A stretch of 63,739 bases of DNA, filler included, from Perkinsus chesapeaki ATCC PRA-425 (GCA_013115145.1; 10 parts of 10 records of this genome joined end to end with filler, not necessarily neighbours in it), one strand, 5' to 3'; shown: positions 36,113-48,947, counted from the first letter of the whole stretch. Notes: generated by a model from the letters alone, not told the origin. A program made the numbers and translations.

Positions 36113-37921
36113 ATGCTTTACGAAATTATGGCGAAGTGCCCCTTCGGGTTTACCTCGGGGACTCCTCCTCCTTGGGTGTTTACAGGTAGCACTCCTGCCC
36201 CGGCCGACCCGAGTGCCCCCACCAGCGCTCCCAGTCCAGAGGACGATGAAGCCAAGCTAATGCAGCAATGCATAGTCCCACCAGAGAACCCCGATTTCCC
36301 CGGATGGGCTCAGTGGGCATTTCCCTTCTTCTGTGCTCTTGCCATTATCATCATGATAGTGGCAGTGCGTATGAGACGGTTCCTGCCTAATTGGTTTCAA
36401 AGACCATGCAATCGTGTATTTGCCAGTCGCGCCAATGCAGTGAGCTTTGTTGTTCTCATTTCATCTCTTGCTATTGCGGCCATCATTCAGCTGGCTACAT
36501 ATGATACCCCCGAGGGGACCAAACGGGCCAGCGTTATTTTTGCAAGGATATCCACTTGGTCCATCGCTGGTTGCTTCTTCCTGTCTATTCGCCCAGTTGC
36601 TCGCCTCTTCAAGGTTGGCTTCGAGCGTCTTACTATTCTTCATGCATTGCTCGGTATTAATGCTTTAGTATTTGGTATTATGCATATCATTATGATAGCC
36701 CCAAGAGTATCTGTTCAGTGTGCTCTCATTCTGGGTGGGAACGAGGCCATCGCTGCCGGTGTTCTCTTCTTGGTGACCTTCATATGTGCGTTCATCTATA
36801 AGTTCGTTCCGCATGGTTATCGTGTATTCCGTTGGTCTCATTGGCTGGTCTACATCGCCACTATCGTTCTCCTAACCCACACTGTCCAGCATGAGCTCGT
36901 GCAGGCCCAGTTCTCTCACTCTGCGGGTCCCTATATTACCTCGGCAGTGTTGTTCGTTGTGTGGTTCGTCAGTATCATCGAGAGGCTCGTGGAGCTCTTT
37001 GAGACTATCGTGCAAGCTGTGTCAACTCGTTCCAAGAAGCACTTCGATGAGCATCCAGAGGCGGCTCCTGGCACCACCTATTGCTCGAAGGTGGAGTCTA
37101 TTACCCCTCTTACTGATGGTGAGGCAAAGGAGGACGCGCCAGCCTGCGAGATTATCCTAAGAACTCACGTGAAGCCCAGACCGGGTCAGTGGGTGTCGGT
37201 AACATTCCCCGGTAAGGACTGCGTGGCACACGCTTTTTCGCCTCTCCCCAATCCGAAGGACGAGAACACTATGAAACTGCTGGTCTCGTGCGATGGTTAC
37301 ATGACCAAAAAGTTCGTGGCTGCCGACTACGAGAGGTTTATCAATACGAGGGTTTATGTCCAAGGACCGTATGGTGCCTCGGACCTGCCCAAGCAGGTTG
37401 CCGGGCCAGGCGACTATACGGTGATGATAGCAGGTGGCACTGGAATTAGTCCCATTGCATCTGTGATAGCCTCCTTGCCGAATGAACAGAAGGAGAAAGT
37501 GTCCCTTCTTTGGGCCTTTAGAACCTCCGGCGAGTTTGTCTCGGTTCATCAGCTATTGGCTGGTGTTGGTCATCGTTATCTTATGTACTCTGGCAATGAT
37601 GAAGTTATGCGTCGAGCAACTACAGATTTGGAAGCTTGCGAGTGCCCTGCTCATTACGGTCACATGACTGTTGGCGGAGAAGCTTTGAAGGATACTCGTC
37701 CGAGCCATTTTGCTCATCATGGAAATAAAGAGATTGCGGATTTCGTCAACAAGGCCATAGCCAAGGCAGAGGAGAGCAACGCTAAGAGGATCAACTTTTA
37801 CATGTGTGGCCCTCCTTGTATGATCAACCTTACCGTAGAAGCTGTCAGGTCGGCTGAGATCCCCAAGGGCCTCGAGCTCGGCGTGGTTAAGCGTGAATCT
37901 TTCGGTATGATGCCGTGGTAG
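36113..37921 (+). CDS. Ferric reductase-like transmembrane flavocytochrome (FRE/FRO/NOX superfamily), intronless
   Basis: 602-aa ORF with haem-ligand pairs H-x13-H (HALLGINALVFGIMH) and H-x12-H (HWLVYIATIVLLTH), FAD motif HAFS, NADPH motifs GPYG, AGGTGISP, LLWAFR and YMCGPP, and terminal ESF. Confidence 0.92.
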   Translation: MLYEIMAKCPFGFTSGTPPPWVFTGSTPAPADPSAPTSAPSPEDDEAKLMQQCIVPPENPDFPGWAQWAFPFFCALAIIIMIVAVRMRRFLPNWFQRPCNRVFASRANAVSFVVLISSLAIAAIIQLATYDTPEGTKRASVIFARISTWSIAGCFFLSIRPVARLFKVGFERLTILHALLGINALVFGIMHIIMIAPRVSVQCALILGGNEAIAAGVLFLVTFICAFIYKFVPHGYRVFRWSHWLVYIATIVLLTHTVQHELVQAQFSHSAGPYITSAVLFVVWFVSIIERLVELFETIVQAVSTRSKKHFDEHPEAAPGTTYCSKVESITPLTDGEAKEDAPACEIILRTHVKPRPGQWVSVTFPGKDCVAHAFSPLPNPKDENTMKLLVSCDGYMTKKFVAADYERFINTRVYVQGPYGASDLPKQVAGPGDYTVMIAGGTGISPIASVIASLPNEQKEKVSLLWAFRTSGEFVSVHQLLAGVGHRYLMYSGNDEVMRRATTDLEACECPAHYGHMTVGGEALKDTRPSHFAHHGNKEIADFVNKAIAKAEESNAKRINFYMCGPPCMINLTVEAVRSAEIPKGLELGVVKRESFGMMPW

Positions 37922-38838
37922 TCTGTTCCTCACTTAACTTTGTTCTCGCCTACTTCCTATGTTATTCCTGATACGAACCTGCCATTCTACGGAACTGTCT
38001 ACACGCCCAAACGACGGCGGTTTATTCGACAATTCCCATTTCCAGATTTATATCGAGCAGTAAGGTTTTCAGGTGCCCGTTTTCCGAGCCCTGATTGCCC
38101 AGCTCTTGTAGGCTGCTTATCGAGGTTAGTATTACCTCGTCAGTAGCGCATTGATAGTATTATGTGTAATTCCTGATATATAGTAGGGTGTTCTCCTGCG
38201 CAGTTCGTCGTCTGCGTCAGTGCCCGTTCTCGTGAGATTAGACTTATGTTCTCGGATGCTCAGCTTTCGGTTTCTCTCGGGTGCGTGGTAGTCTGTCGCG
38301 ATCGATGGACATGCCCCGAGGAGTCCTGCTGCTGCTGAGGATTTGTGCATATAGAGGCTTGCTGTTTGCTGAACTCTGAGTGTCTCAAGTTTAATGTTCC
38401 TCCGAGTTTATGTTTCCAAAACTCACTCAACCAGCTTTGTTCTGTTAGTCAGCATACCATTGTGCTCGATGCATAAGATCACACGGAACCGGCATCCCTT
38501 ACCTTCACCGTGCCACTATATGTGGACCGCGACTCTGGCTGCCTTCATAACGACTTGCATACATTCCTGTTGACTACGCAGTGGAATGCAAACTAATATT
38601 CTTCAAGGATTATTGATGATATGCCGAACATACTTTTACGGTGTTAGTAATCAACAGAACTCACGAATGAAGGTTCGTGAGTTAAAGTTGGTTGGAGCCT
38701 TCAATTTGGGTTTTGTTGGAGGTATTGGGTATCATACCAAATGATTGCGGCAGACTGTCGCAACAAAACACTCGAAATAGTATTACTCCTCTCTTGAAAA
38801 AATGTAGTACGCTTTTACATGGTGGGATGATGACTCTT

Positions 38839-40700
38839 TTAAAGTTGGTTAGTTGTAAGGCTCGAATCGGATGTGAGAGCATATAAGCACCCAAGGGAAC
38901 CAAGACACCACAGCGAACAAACGGCCCCGATTGTTCCACCATAGGCCAGGCCGATGGGGGCGAACGTTGCGCACCGCAAGAACTCATATCTCGTCTTGCC
39001 GTCGAAAAGGAAGCCTTGAGAGATGTAAGAAAACACACAGTAGGCGGCCAAGACGCTATCATGGTTAGAGCGGATCAGCAAGAGTCCGCAGACGGTTGAT
39101 AACAAGAACTGGGCCGCAATGTACCACTTGATGCCAGATGAGACTGCAGTGTGCCGTGTTAATCTTGAAAGCCGAGGTATGGTGGGGCAGATGCGAGGAA
39201 CGGTCGTAGTGTAGTATCTGATTACATATAGCCAGAGCGTAGGAGGCTCAGAGCGTACCCGGGTCCCTTCCACAATGAACGTGATTGTCGGGTGAACGCA
39301 TTGAGCTGAAGGACGCTATCTGCCCAAGACTTCGCGGGAATTGTCCAGCCGTAGACACAAGCCGTCGGCGTCGGCTCCCTCAAATATGTGCCTGCGCAGC
39401 GGTCGATAGTATCTTTGCTTGAAGCGAGGCCTTACCGAATAACCTGTCATAGACAACGAGAGTGCCACCAAAGTTCTTGTGGAAGCGTCTATCGTGGTGT
39501 ATGCGATGATTGGAGGGCGTCATGAAAACCTCGTCCAACGGCCATGGGAGGAATCCAATGATTGACGAGTGTACCCAAAACTGGTACCTGCCACCAACAC
39601 GTCCGAACTACGCAATGCGTTTCAACGTTACATGATGTTCCATGAGCGATATGTCATAGACAGGTCTGTGGGTACACCCAAAACCGCAAGAGGCAGGTAG
39701 AATATCCAACTGACCGCTTGTTGGAGGTACCCTTGACGGAGCGCCGTGCCTAGCAAATGGCAGGGAGAAAGGGAAGTAGATGTAGCGGGCTACTGAAGTT
39801 ATAATGTTCACTGCTGTGATGGTTGGCGTGTCCCATAGCCCATAATAGACCGTTCTCGTGGGACACTCGATGGAACCAGTAATAGCATAGTTCGATGAGG
39901 GCTCCGAATATTATCAACCTCACCCAGTGCGGCGCCCCTAATCGAGGGCCATCACAGAAGGGATTTCTTAGATTCCCGTACATGACAGTTCAAGCTCGGT
40001 AACAGCGTAATTCTGATACAGGTATTCATACCTACAAAACTTCAGACTGCGAGTCCCGAGCCATATCCAACTATAGCGGATGCGCGGACGGAAGGAATCG
40101 AGCTGAGTCAACAGGTTGGTCCTACACGTAAGTCTTCAAGGGGAATCTCTCTATGAACATAACAGTAAATACAATGTCCATTGAACCAGCAGCTATTGAC
40201 GACCAGCTATCCGCGACTTCATGGTAACTAAACCATGGAGGAGTGAATGTCCTGCACACGAATCTTGGGTACTACCCAGATTCTGGTATCCAATCGACCT
40301 CGTTCGGTGAGAGGCGCCTCCTATGTAAGAACAGTACTGCCAACTCCAAGGATATCAAAGTGAGATATAAAGGAATGGCCCCTTCTATATAGTTATAGTA
40401 TGTCATCTTCCCTACAAATGATAATAATATGTCAATAGCTTTCAGAAAGGATTTGTCGCACTACTGTTCGGCTCAGAACTATCACGATCATAGTATCATT
40501 CGGGCAGACCGTCAAGCCACCCAGCGACAAACCTACTCTTTCCTATGTCAATGGCTTTCTCATCTGCGAGGTACTCGGCAATCCAAAAAGACAACACCAC
40601 ACCTGCTACACACACGGCGACTTCCCACCGCGGCAGATGCCACCCAGAAGACGGCTTCGCAGGGGACGTTGTCATTCAAGGACAACTAAACTACATTGCG
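38839..40700 (-). CDS. Alkylglycerol monooxygenase-like / fatty-acid hydroxylase superfamily protein, multi-exon; 5' end approximate
   Basis: His boxes YYWFHRVSHE, GHANHHSSEHYNFS/TALRQ, YQFWVH and TPSNHRIHHD..KNFGGTLVVYDRLFG; WKGPG; AGMO-type C-terminal TM region YIAAQF..GFLFDGK..EFLRC. Confidence 0.82.
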
Positions 40701-42881
40701 CAGAAGCATCTCATGGATGGGTTAACCGCCTCGCTTATACGCCCCTTTTCCCTTTTAATTAACACTGGGTCGTTGAGCCGTCCACGACGGTCTCGACTGA
40801 GGTCTCACTCTCGTCTTCTTACCAGAGTGATTCACCTGAGCTCCCCTCCTAAATCGAAGAGGGCGGTTCACAGCCTACGTACAGTCCCATAGAGAAACTG
40901 TAACGCGCAGCGAGACCCGAGCACACGGCATTTATAGTAAAGTACCGTAGCAAAGGCAAAAAGCACTCGGTGGTGATTCACCTACAATAGGGAATGCCCA
41001 GCGGCAGCCCTTTCGACGATGAATACACCAGACAGTTCGCTCCCTTCGCAGGCATTACCCTGTTCAGGTTCCNNNNNNNNNNNNNNNNNNNNNNNNNNNN
41101 NNNNNNNNNNNNNNNNTTAATTAATTAANNNNNNNNNNNNNNNNNNNNNNNNNNNNNNNNNNNNNNNNNNNNAAGAAAGGCTTAAAAAGACAGAGCGAAC
41201 CACCGGAGACCGATTAAAAATAATAATTCAAAGTCTGGTCATTTATGAAAAAATCGAAATCGGGAAAGTAACTTGTAATATGTCGGGGGAACTATGATTT
41301 TGCGTTAAAGTGCAACGATCTCCTAGTTTACCATTCCACGGACGTGCATCCGCGCACTGGGACAGGATTCCATGGCTGCCTGACTCAGGTGCGGCGCCAC
41401 CTGAGGTGTCTAGTGCGCTTGCCACATTAACGAATTTCAACGCCAGTCGGCTAAGCCCAGTGGAGAACATAGGTCTCATTTCACATGGCAGAACACTCGT
41501 ACGCCTGTTTATGAAACACATCAAACCGCTTGTTCAAGGTTCAATGGCGATATCGGCTCTCTCCTGCTATCCGCAGTCACAACTGACATATCACTGGATG
41601 ACTCAACAGACATATTTTATGGGTTAATATTTTTTTCAATATAACAGATAGGACAGTGTGCCAGATAATGGCTATCGACTAGTTGATCGATTTAGTATTA
41701 TATAATGGGAACATTGTCACAAGGTTCTCATAGCTAAAGTTGACACTTGCTTGGATCGAACGCGGGCCGGCTGTACGGCCACCCAACGCATTATCTCACT
41801 CAGCTATCAGAACAGACGCTAATAGAACAATTGAAGTAAATAGACTGTGCCTGAAATCTAACACGCTCCCGTCAAGGGTGGTAATTCAGATCAACATCAA
41901 TGATTAACCGGAAAAGTTGAATGAGTGAAGCATGCCAAGTGACTACAATCTTTTCGCGGAGGGAAATGTATGCCGAGTCGGAAAATATAACATATTTACA
42001 ATTAAATTGACTGTTACTAAACCCAGCAACTCAGATAAGTAACATCGTTGACATTGGTCATGAAGTGCACAAAGGGGCTGCTGATGCTGCTGCTAGTCTA
42101 GACAGATCGGCACACAAATCTCGAGCGGCATCGACCAACCGAGGTGAGTCACCTCAGGTGACCGCCCTGGAGGGTCTGAAATAAGAGTATTCTGCAAGTT
42201 TCGATAAGACTTCTCACCGTGAAGCTTCACAAAGGTGCGCTCAATCTCGGTCTCCTCGAACGGCCTTCGGTTCACCACCCACCTGAGGAAAGGATTATTG
42301 CTTCTTGTGCACAATGGAGGTCAAACATGCATAAGCCAGGTAATCCCCTCTCACCGAGTTATCTCATCAACAGTTGAGACAGTAAGCTTTACACCATTTG
42401 TGTGTGTCCCATGTTCAACATGGAGCCAATTTAGACCACTCTGTTGGGCCATTGATGTCTCGAGCAACATACTGTAGTACATTCGAAAGACTTTAGCATT
42501 CAGGGGACCGGGCACTTGGTTGATCGATCTTTTATAATCTTCCTGGAATCGCCAATAAACCTGATCCGGATGTCGGGGCTAATATCTGCCTTGAATAGTA
42601 GTTGGGCTAAGTTAAATAACTGGCTTACCGTAAGCCAGTACCTATAAGTCGTATATATTATGAGTAGTACAGTTTCCATACGGTTGTACCGATCGATCTT
42701 TCAAGTAACTCACTACCGTTGTCTTGAATGATGAGGAATAACGGCGAGGCATGGCATTCNNNNNNNNNNNNNNNNNNNNNNNNNNNNNNNNNNNNNNNNN
42801 NNNTTAATTAATTAANNNNNNNNNNNNNNNNNNNNNNNNNNNNNNNNNNNNNNNNNNNNGGAAGGTGTCCGAAGAGCCCTC

Positions 42882-43346
42882 ATGAACCCTAACTCTACTC
42901 TAGCTGTTGATGAAGTTCTGGGCACTCTGAGGACAGCTTATGAAAAAGGCGGCTTCAATCCCAGCTTGGTTATACATCTTTTGATTGTTCATGGTGCTGA
43001 GCTCTACGCCCCTTACAGTAGTCAGGGACTGAGGCTACTCACAGAAGAACTCGCAGAACGTATCCACTCCCAGGTCAACGTAGTGATCCGAAGGTCGCAA
43101 GTGAAAGACGATCTGCTGAAGCAAATAAGCTTGTGGAACTGGCAGCATTCTGCAGATGAAAATTGCCAGGAGGGAGGGGAAGAGGCCGAAACGCCTCCAG
43201 CGAAACGACAACGCAAGCCTTCTCGTATGTCACCACAGGTGTCCGGCTGGTTGCCGGAAAGCGATTTGTCTGGTATATTGAGTGCGGTCAACTCGAAGTC
43301 AACGCATTCCGAGTATCAGGATACGGGAGAGAGTGAGGAAGACTGA
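42882..43346 (+). CDS. Hypothetical protein (may be the 3' part of a gene cut by the gap)
   Basis: 154-aa ORF right after the spacer, with an NLS-like PAKRQRK and an acidic tail; no family recognised. Confidence 0.4.
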   Translation: MNPNSTLAVDEVLGTLRTAYEKGGFNPSLVIHLLIVHGAELYAPYSSQGLRLLTEELAERIHSQVNVVIRRSQVKDDLLKQISLWNWQHSADENCQEGGEEAETPPAKRQRKPSRMSPQVSGWLPESDLSGILSAVNSKSTHSEYQDTGESEED

Positions 43347-43689
43347 TAGGGAGTGCCCGGTTGGGTCTTTCGCATCGATTGTTGCGAACCAGAGCTCGGT
43401 TCTGCTATATTTTTAAGTAGTTAGTGTTGTGTTCAGAGTACAAAAACCAGCACATCGAGTTTGAGTCACCCAGATCGAATATGAAGCTAAAACTTTGGGA
43501 ATAGAGCCCTGACTCACCCCTGTGTATGGCGATTTTCTCCCAGGGCACTTTGTATTTTGGCGCCACCGTGCGTACGCCTCAGCAGTAGTCTGCTTTTCCT
43601 TTGACTCAACATGTGTCTGCCTTACGGCTTTGAATGCTTCCTGTTCCCGAGGCCTGTCACAGTAGCGTTATCTCGTGTGATGTCTCCGC

Positions 43690-44444
43690 TTGCTTTCTCA
43701 CAGCTGTTGCTCCTCAGCCTTCTTTTGTGTATCGCGTTCGATAGCAATTCTTTGTTCGATCGTTTGGTCCACCAAGTGAAATCGAAGGTGTTTCAGGCGC
43801 TAATAAAATTCGCGCAATTTTTGCACTATGGTGGCATCGCCCTTACCTGCTGGAACATTTTCAGTTCAATTTGCTGCCGCTCATTCAGATCCTCCAGATC
43901 TCGTTCCTTATTGCGAAGCTCGGCTTCCCGCTCGTTACGTGTCTTCTTGGCACCTTTCAACACGGTACACTTCCACGAGCAAGGGGAACTCCTTACAAGT
44001 CCAAAAGTAGTTTTTTTTCTCTCGTTCTTGGAGGAACTGATTTTAAAGTTTCTCTTCATCCTAAGAACCGGCCATGTAGAGCCATTTTCGTGGAAGGTTT
44101 ACTTCGTAATCTTCTCGTATACGCTTAGCTTCCTTCTGAAGTGCCAAAAGCTTTTCTGCGGCTTCAGCGTCCTGCCCTGAGTTAACAAAACGATCCCAAT
44201 CTTGGCTGATATAGTCCATCATGAACGCAGTGAACGAATGCCAAGCTTGTACATAAGATACGATTCCAAAGCTCGTTTTCACACGTTCACTGTCGCTTAA
44301 CTTTGGGGTACTTCATCAAGCAGGAGCTTACACTAGTTTTTTTGAACACTATGATATCTACTAGAAGACAGAACACTAACTGTTAGCATTCTCGTCGTTA
44401 TTGCCGCCCCCTTCTTTCCCTTTCTTGGCCTTTTTTGGTGGCAT
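43690..44444 (-). pseudogene. GAS8: GAS8/DRC4 (dynein regulatory complex)-like N-terminal fragment with an in-frame TAA
   Basis: MPPKKAKKGK..; REDYE/DEEKL*NQFLQEREKKNYFWT/..EAELRNKERDLEDLNERQQIELKMFQQ/RLKHLRFH matches the GAS8 N-terminus. TAA lies at 44043-44045. No C-terminal half before the convergent ORF. Confidence 0.65.
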
Positions 44445-45302
44445 CTTACCGTTCAATCCACTCAACTTGACCTGCGCAAATTATCGATTACTAGGGCGAG
44501 CGCTTTCTTTGACTCGGCCTGCGCGCGCCCGATCTTTGAAGTTCGCGAGAGCATTACGAGAAAATGCCGTGTCTTTCAGGCGTATGTATGGTATCTAGTA
44601 GGATGGTGGATTGCTGATGGAGCTATGCGGTCTTCAATGTTATTAGGTGGTGTGTGAAATCGACCGTAAAACTGAGTGTATCGGTTGATATATGATACGT
44701 TTGCGAGGGCTTTGTTTGGCCGATGTTATCATTTGTATTCACGTTTTTACGGTCTTTTGTTGCCCTAGTACCGTCAATGTTGGTTAACAAGGATTAGAAG
44801 CTCCTTAATATACGTTAAGCACCTCTACGTTCGGTAACTACCGAGTGACCCTTACCACACGAAACTGCGTTTCTCGCAAGTTGAACTGCAAGATGATGTA
44901 AAACAAGACCTACTCACGACTGGGTCTAATAGTGGTTGTGGATAGATAGTTGTCTGATATATTTTCCCGTGGGTTTCCCAGTCGGTTGTGTGCAGGTGTT
45001 TTACTAGCTTTGATGCCCCTATTATTTTAGCGTCTAGCGTGGCCGTCGCTAGCTTGCCATCCAAATCATTTTCTCCATTCTGAGCAAGAAGTACGGTATG
45101 TTCGGTTTGCTGTACCTGATCCTAGTCCTTTGTATAGTGCTTGTTACAAACATGATAAGGTTCACTCCGTTCGATTGGCGCTGTATATTCTTTCCCTCGT
45201 AGATTCGTAATCGTTTCCCCCTAGAATCTTATTAACATTCTTGCTTCCCTTGCTCCCGAATGACTCTACTGGTAGTTTTTATTTGTTATAAGTGATTTCT
45301 TA

Positions 45303-46793
45303 ATGGTTGAATACTCTGTTGACAGTAGCTTCGTCCCCGATCTCAAAAGTAGCGAGATCGTAGTCCTCGCCAACGACCAGCTCAAGGTCACCATTGCTGA
45401 ATATGGCCTGTATATTATCAGTATTGAGACTCGTGATCGTGATGGGAAGTTCTCTCCTGTTAATCTGAATTATGGCCATGATTGGACTAAATATCTTAAT
45501 GATGATGTTTACCTTTGCTGCATTGCCGGAAGGTAAGCGATGCATATTTGTTGCTGAGAAATATCATCATTCTCAGTGCTACAGAGTAGCTGCTATGCGA
45601 CTCGTAATGTATTAGCATTTCTAAGTTTTCATGTATCTCTAGTCGCTTTCTAAGTACCCTAATAATGTAGAGTGATCGGCATTCGTAGATCTTTTCTTAT
45701 TTTTGTGTAGCCTTTTTTCTGTATTTCTTGGTAGATTTCAAGTACCTTGCGTGCTTACCCTTATTATCTCCATTGCGTTACACTGCCACATCTATATATT
45801 ATATTGTAATATATTATTCATATTGCCAAATATATATTTTACTACTTAGATATGCAATAGAGCGTTCTCTGTTTATATTTTACTATTTGTCAGATATGCC
45901 AACAGGATTGCCTACGGTAAAATGACTATCGACGGCAAGGAGTACCAGACCACTATTAACAACGGCGAGCACTGCAACCACGGTGGCATCAACGGCTTCA
46001 ACAAGAAGGTCTGGAGGCACACCGATTCCTACCGTGATGGTGAGCCATTGTATATCTTCCGACGGTTAATATTTCCTATTTTCAGAGAATTCGGCCTCGG
46101 CCACGTTCCAGGTTCGATCCGAGGACGGTGACGAGGGTTTCCCAGGCAACTTGGACGTGACTGTTGTCTTTACTATTGCTGGGAACAAGCTCTCCATGGA
46201 GTACTTCGCTACGACAGACGCTCCCACCGTTGTGAATCTAACTCACCATGTCTACTTCAACCTAGATAATGACCACTCACAGACTATATATAAACACGAG
46301 CTCTGCATGCCCACCGCCGACAAGTTCTTGAAGGTGGAGAACGGCGGCATCCCAGTCGAGGGCCCTTCTTGTGAGGTCAAGGGTAAGCGTAATTTAGCGG
46401 TGCGGCTGTTTTTATGACTGCTTTTGTGTAGGTACTGTATTCGACTTCACGTCGCCCAAGGCTCTTGGAAAGGTTCTCTCCCAGAACGATGAGCAACTGA
46501 CCGAATGCAAGGGTGTCGATCACACATTTATCCTACCTGGCAAGGAGGGTGAAATGCGCCCCGTTGGCAGTCTCTATTGCGCTGCTTCCGGCCGTCGTGT
46601 CGACATCAGTACGACCGAGCCCGGAGCGCAGGTGTACACTGGTAACTACTTGCCGAAGGAGAACAACGCCGTCGCTATTGAGACACAGCACTACCCGAAC
46701 TCCCCCAATCGCCCTGATTTCCCTTCGACCTTGCTGAGGCCCGGCGAGAAGTATCATTCTAAGACTGAGTATCAGTTCAGTGTGGAGGCGTAG
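45303..46793 (+). CDS. galM: Aldose 1-epimerase (galactose mutarotase), 4 exons
   Basis: IAGR/YANRIAYG, NNGEHCNHGG, DGDEGFPG, TVVNLTHHVYFNL, DHTF, TTEPGAQVYTGN and IETQHYPNSPNRPDFPSTLLRPGE. Confidence 0.95.
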
Positions 46794-47190
46794 ATAAATT
46801 TATATTGATAATGAAATTGGGGAAATATTATTACCCTTGTTTATGTCACCGTTTCTGTCGCGCCGTTAATGGCGCGTATTGGAATGCATATGGAGTGTTT
46901 GTTGTTAATTACATGCAGTGGTGGAGATTTTATGTGCTAGGCAAGTGTCTCGACGACCAGGGGTAGAGTATCGAGATTCGATAGTATAATTCTTCTATTG
47001 GAAGCTAATCTGGGGTGGTATCTCCCTGCCTTGTTGCCTTCTGTTAAGGCAACTTAATAAGTGGGCTTTCGGTAGGCTACGTCTCAGCTAGTTGAAGGCG
47101 CCTAATTGATAGTGGCTGGTGAGCCAGGCTTAGGAGTAATCTAGAGTCGATTGCGCGGTTATCAAAGACATCGTTGTTGGTTCTGTTTAC

Positions 47191-48738
47191 TTGTCCTTTC
47201 AAGTAAGCATGGAAATGCGAGGACCGTTGCCGGCTTTCCTGTCACGACCCTCCAGGGAGCGTGAGGCGAGCAGTGCTGCCTCTCACGAGAAAAAAAAGAG
47301 GGCGGTGCCGAAAAGGCGAGCTCGACGACCTGTCGCTGAGGACAAGGCCAACGATCCGAGCTTGATCCGAGGACAGATAGGAGAGTGTTCGCTACAACCG
47401 AACGCTTCAAAAATAAACGAATCGGTTGGATTGACGGAGCGGAGCGATACTGATATAAGCCTAGCAAAAATTGTCGAGTCTTTGAGGGCGAGAATCAGGG
47501 CGATGGAAAAGGAGAAAGAGTTCGAGGCGAGAGTGCTGGACGAGTTCAGGCTGGAAGCAGGGAACGAGGGATTTACTGAACGACGTGTTATCTTTTTGAA
47601 GGTTAGTGTGGGAGCAATTCTAGTGTGTACTTGTACACCATTTCAAGAGCAGATTGGATCCTGGAATGTACAATATTAATGCATTAACAATATGTAAAAA
47701 CCATTAAGACCATTAAAACCATTAAAACCATTAAAACCATTAAAACCAATAAAACCATTAAAACCATTAAAACCATTAAAACCATTAAAACCATTAAAAC
47801 CATTAAAACCATTAAAACCATTAAAACCACTAAAAACCATTAAAACCATTAAAACCATTAAAAACCATTTGAAATTTCAAGTGAAAACTCTTAAAATGAA
47901 ATGCGTGAGACCCGTTAAAAGTTCGACCGTCTTTAGATGGCGGGTACTGTATCAGTTGTTAATAACAACTTGGCATTGCTTATCATTGTGAAAGTTATGA
48001 TGCATAAAGTGACATCCCCGCTTCCGAACGGTGTCTCGTTGGAAGGACTGTTTGTTGATTCGACCCAAGCCCTCCGTTGTTGACTGCATTCTTGGGAGGT
48101 TAACTTGAAATAATAATGATTGTCCTATTCTCTGGAACCGTTTCTCGTTCCGGCCTATGCGACAATACATCCAAGTTGTCGGTTTTTCCTTGCAATAGAA
48201 AATCAGTTTCGTCTGCCAGGCACAACTGCTCTGCATGGAGCGCCAAATAGAGAAGCTTGAGCGGGCTCTGGCACGTGGGCAAACCCCACCATGCGGAGAG
48301 ACAATCGCAATGAAATCGATAATGCTCGAGTCCGAGTCGGTGATCGCTTCAGCCGTTCAGGCGCTACAGGAAGCTCACTCGGCAGCGGTTGGCTGTGAGA
48401 AAGTTGAGATGGACAACCTCTGTGAGGTTTTGAGAGAAGCGTGTTACCATCTTTTGAAAACGTGGCGGAACGTGAAGTCGGGACACGCTGCACAAAGTCC
48501 TCCTCTGGGAGTCAGGGAGCCAGAAGGGTGCTGCAAGGAGTGCCAGAAGAAGATAGAGGAGTGGGTAAAGGCCCACTCGGCGGCGAGTGATTTGCGAATT
48601 GATCAGATGCGAGACGAACATCATATAAGGAACGTTTCCAGTTACAGCGTCGGTGTTTTGTCAGTAGTACTAGTGACTCTAACACAGTCTATTCTGCCTG
48701 GTACATCTGAAGCCGACTGGACTGTCGGGGTTAGGTGA
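47191..48738 (+). CDS. Hypothetical charged/coiled-coil protein, probably multi-exon
   Basis: Two protein-like ORFs (47191-47679 and 48235-48738), each with a GT donor near its end, separated by a repeat-containing intron-like region. Confidence 0.35.
47697..47869. repeat. 9-bp minisatellite (AAAACCATT)n, ~19 copies
   Basis: Read directly; a few variant units. Confidence 0.95.
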
Positions 48739-48947
48739 ACTGCACGACCAAGCGTAGGACATATACACTAGGATCATCTAAGAGCGCATTCAGTGTCCGA
48801 GCGGTGAAGTTCAATAGTCGGATGTTTGCGGGTGTCATTTGAAACCAATGGCCTTCATACATCTGGACAATCAAGATGTGAACTAGGTCTGGGTTTGGGT
48901 TAACATCTACTTACTTATCAAAATCGCGATCTGCGAATCGGCATACA

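Noticed and set aside
47676-47858. GFN-repeat ORF; likewise the MLSMLLGSLIIL repeat ORF at 31237-31728
   Set aside because: These are translations of non-coding minisatellites. Only the non-repeat part of the second ORF is a Piwi exon.
47697-47869. (AAAACCATT)n as a telomeric repeat
   Set aside because: It is internal, lacks the G-run of TTTAGGG-type repeats and has unique sequence on both sides.
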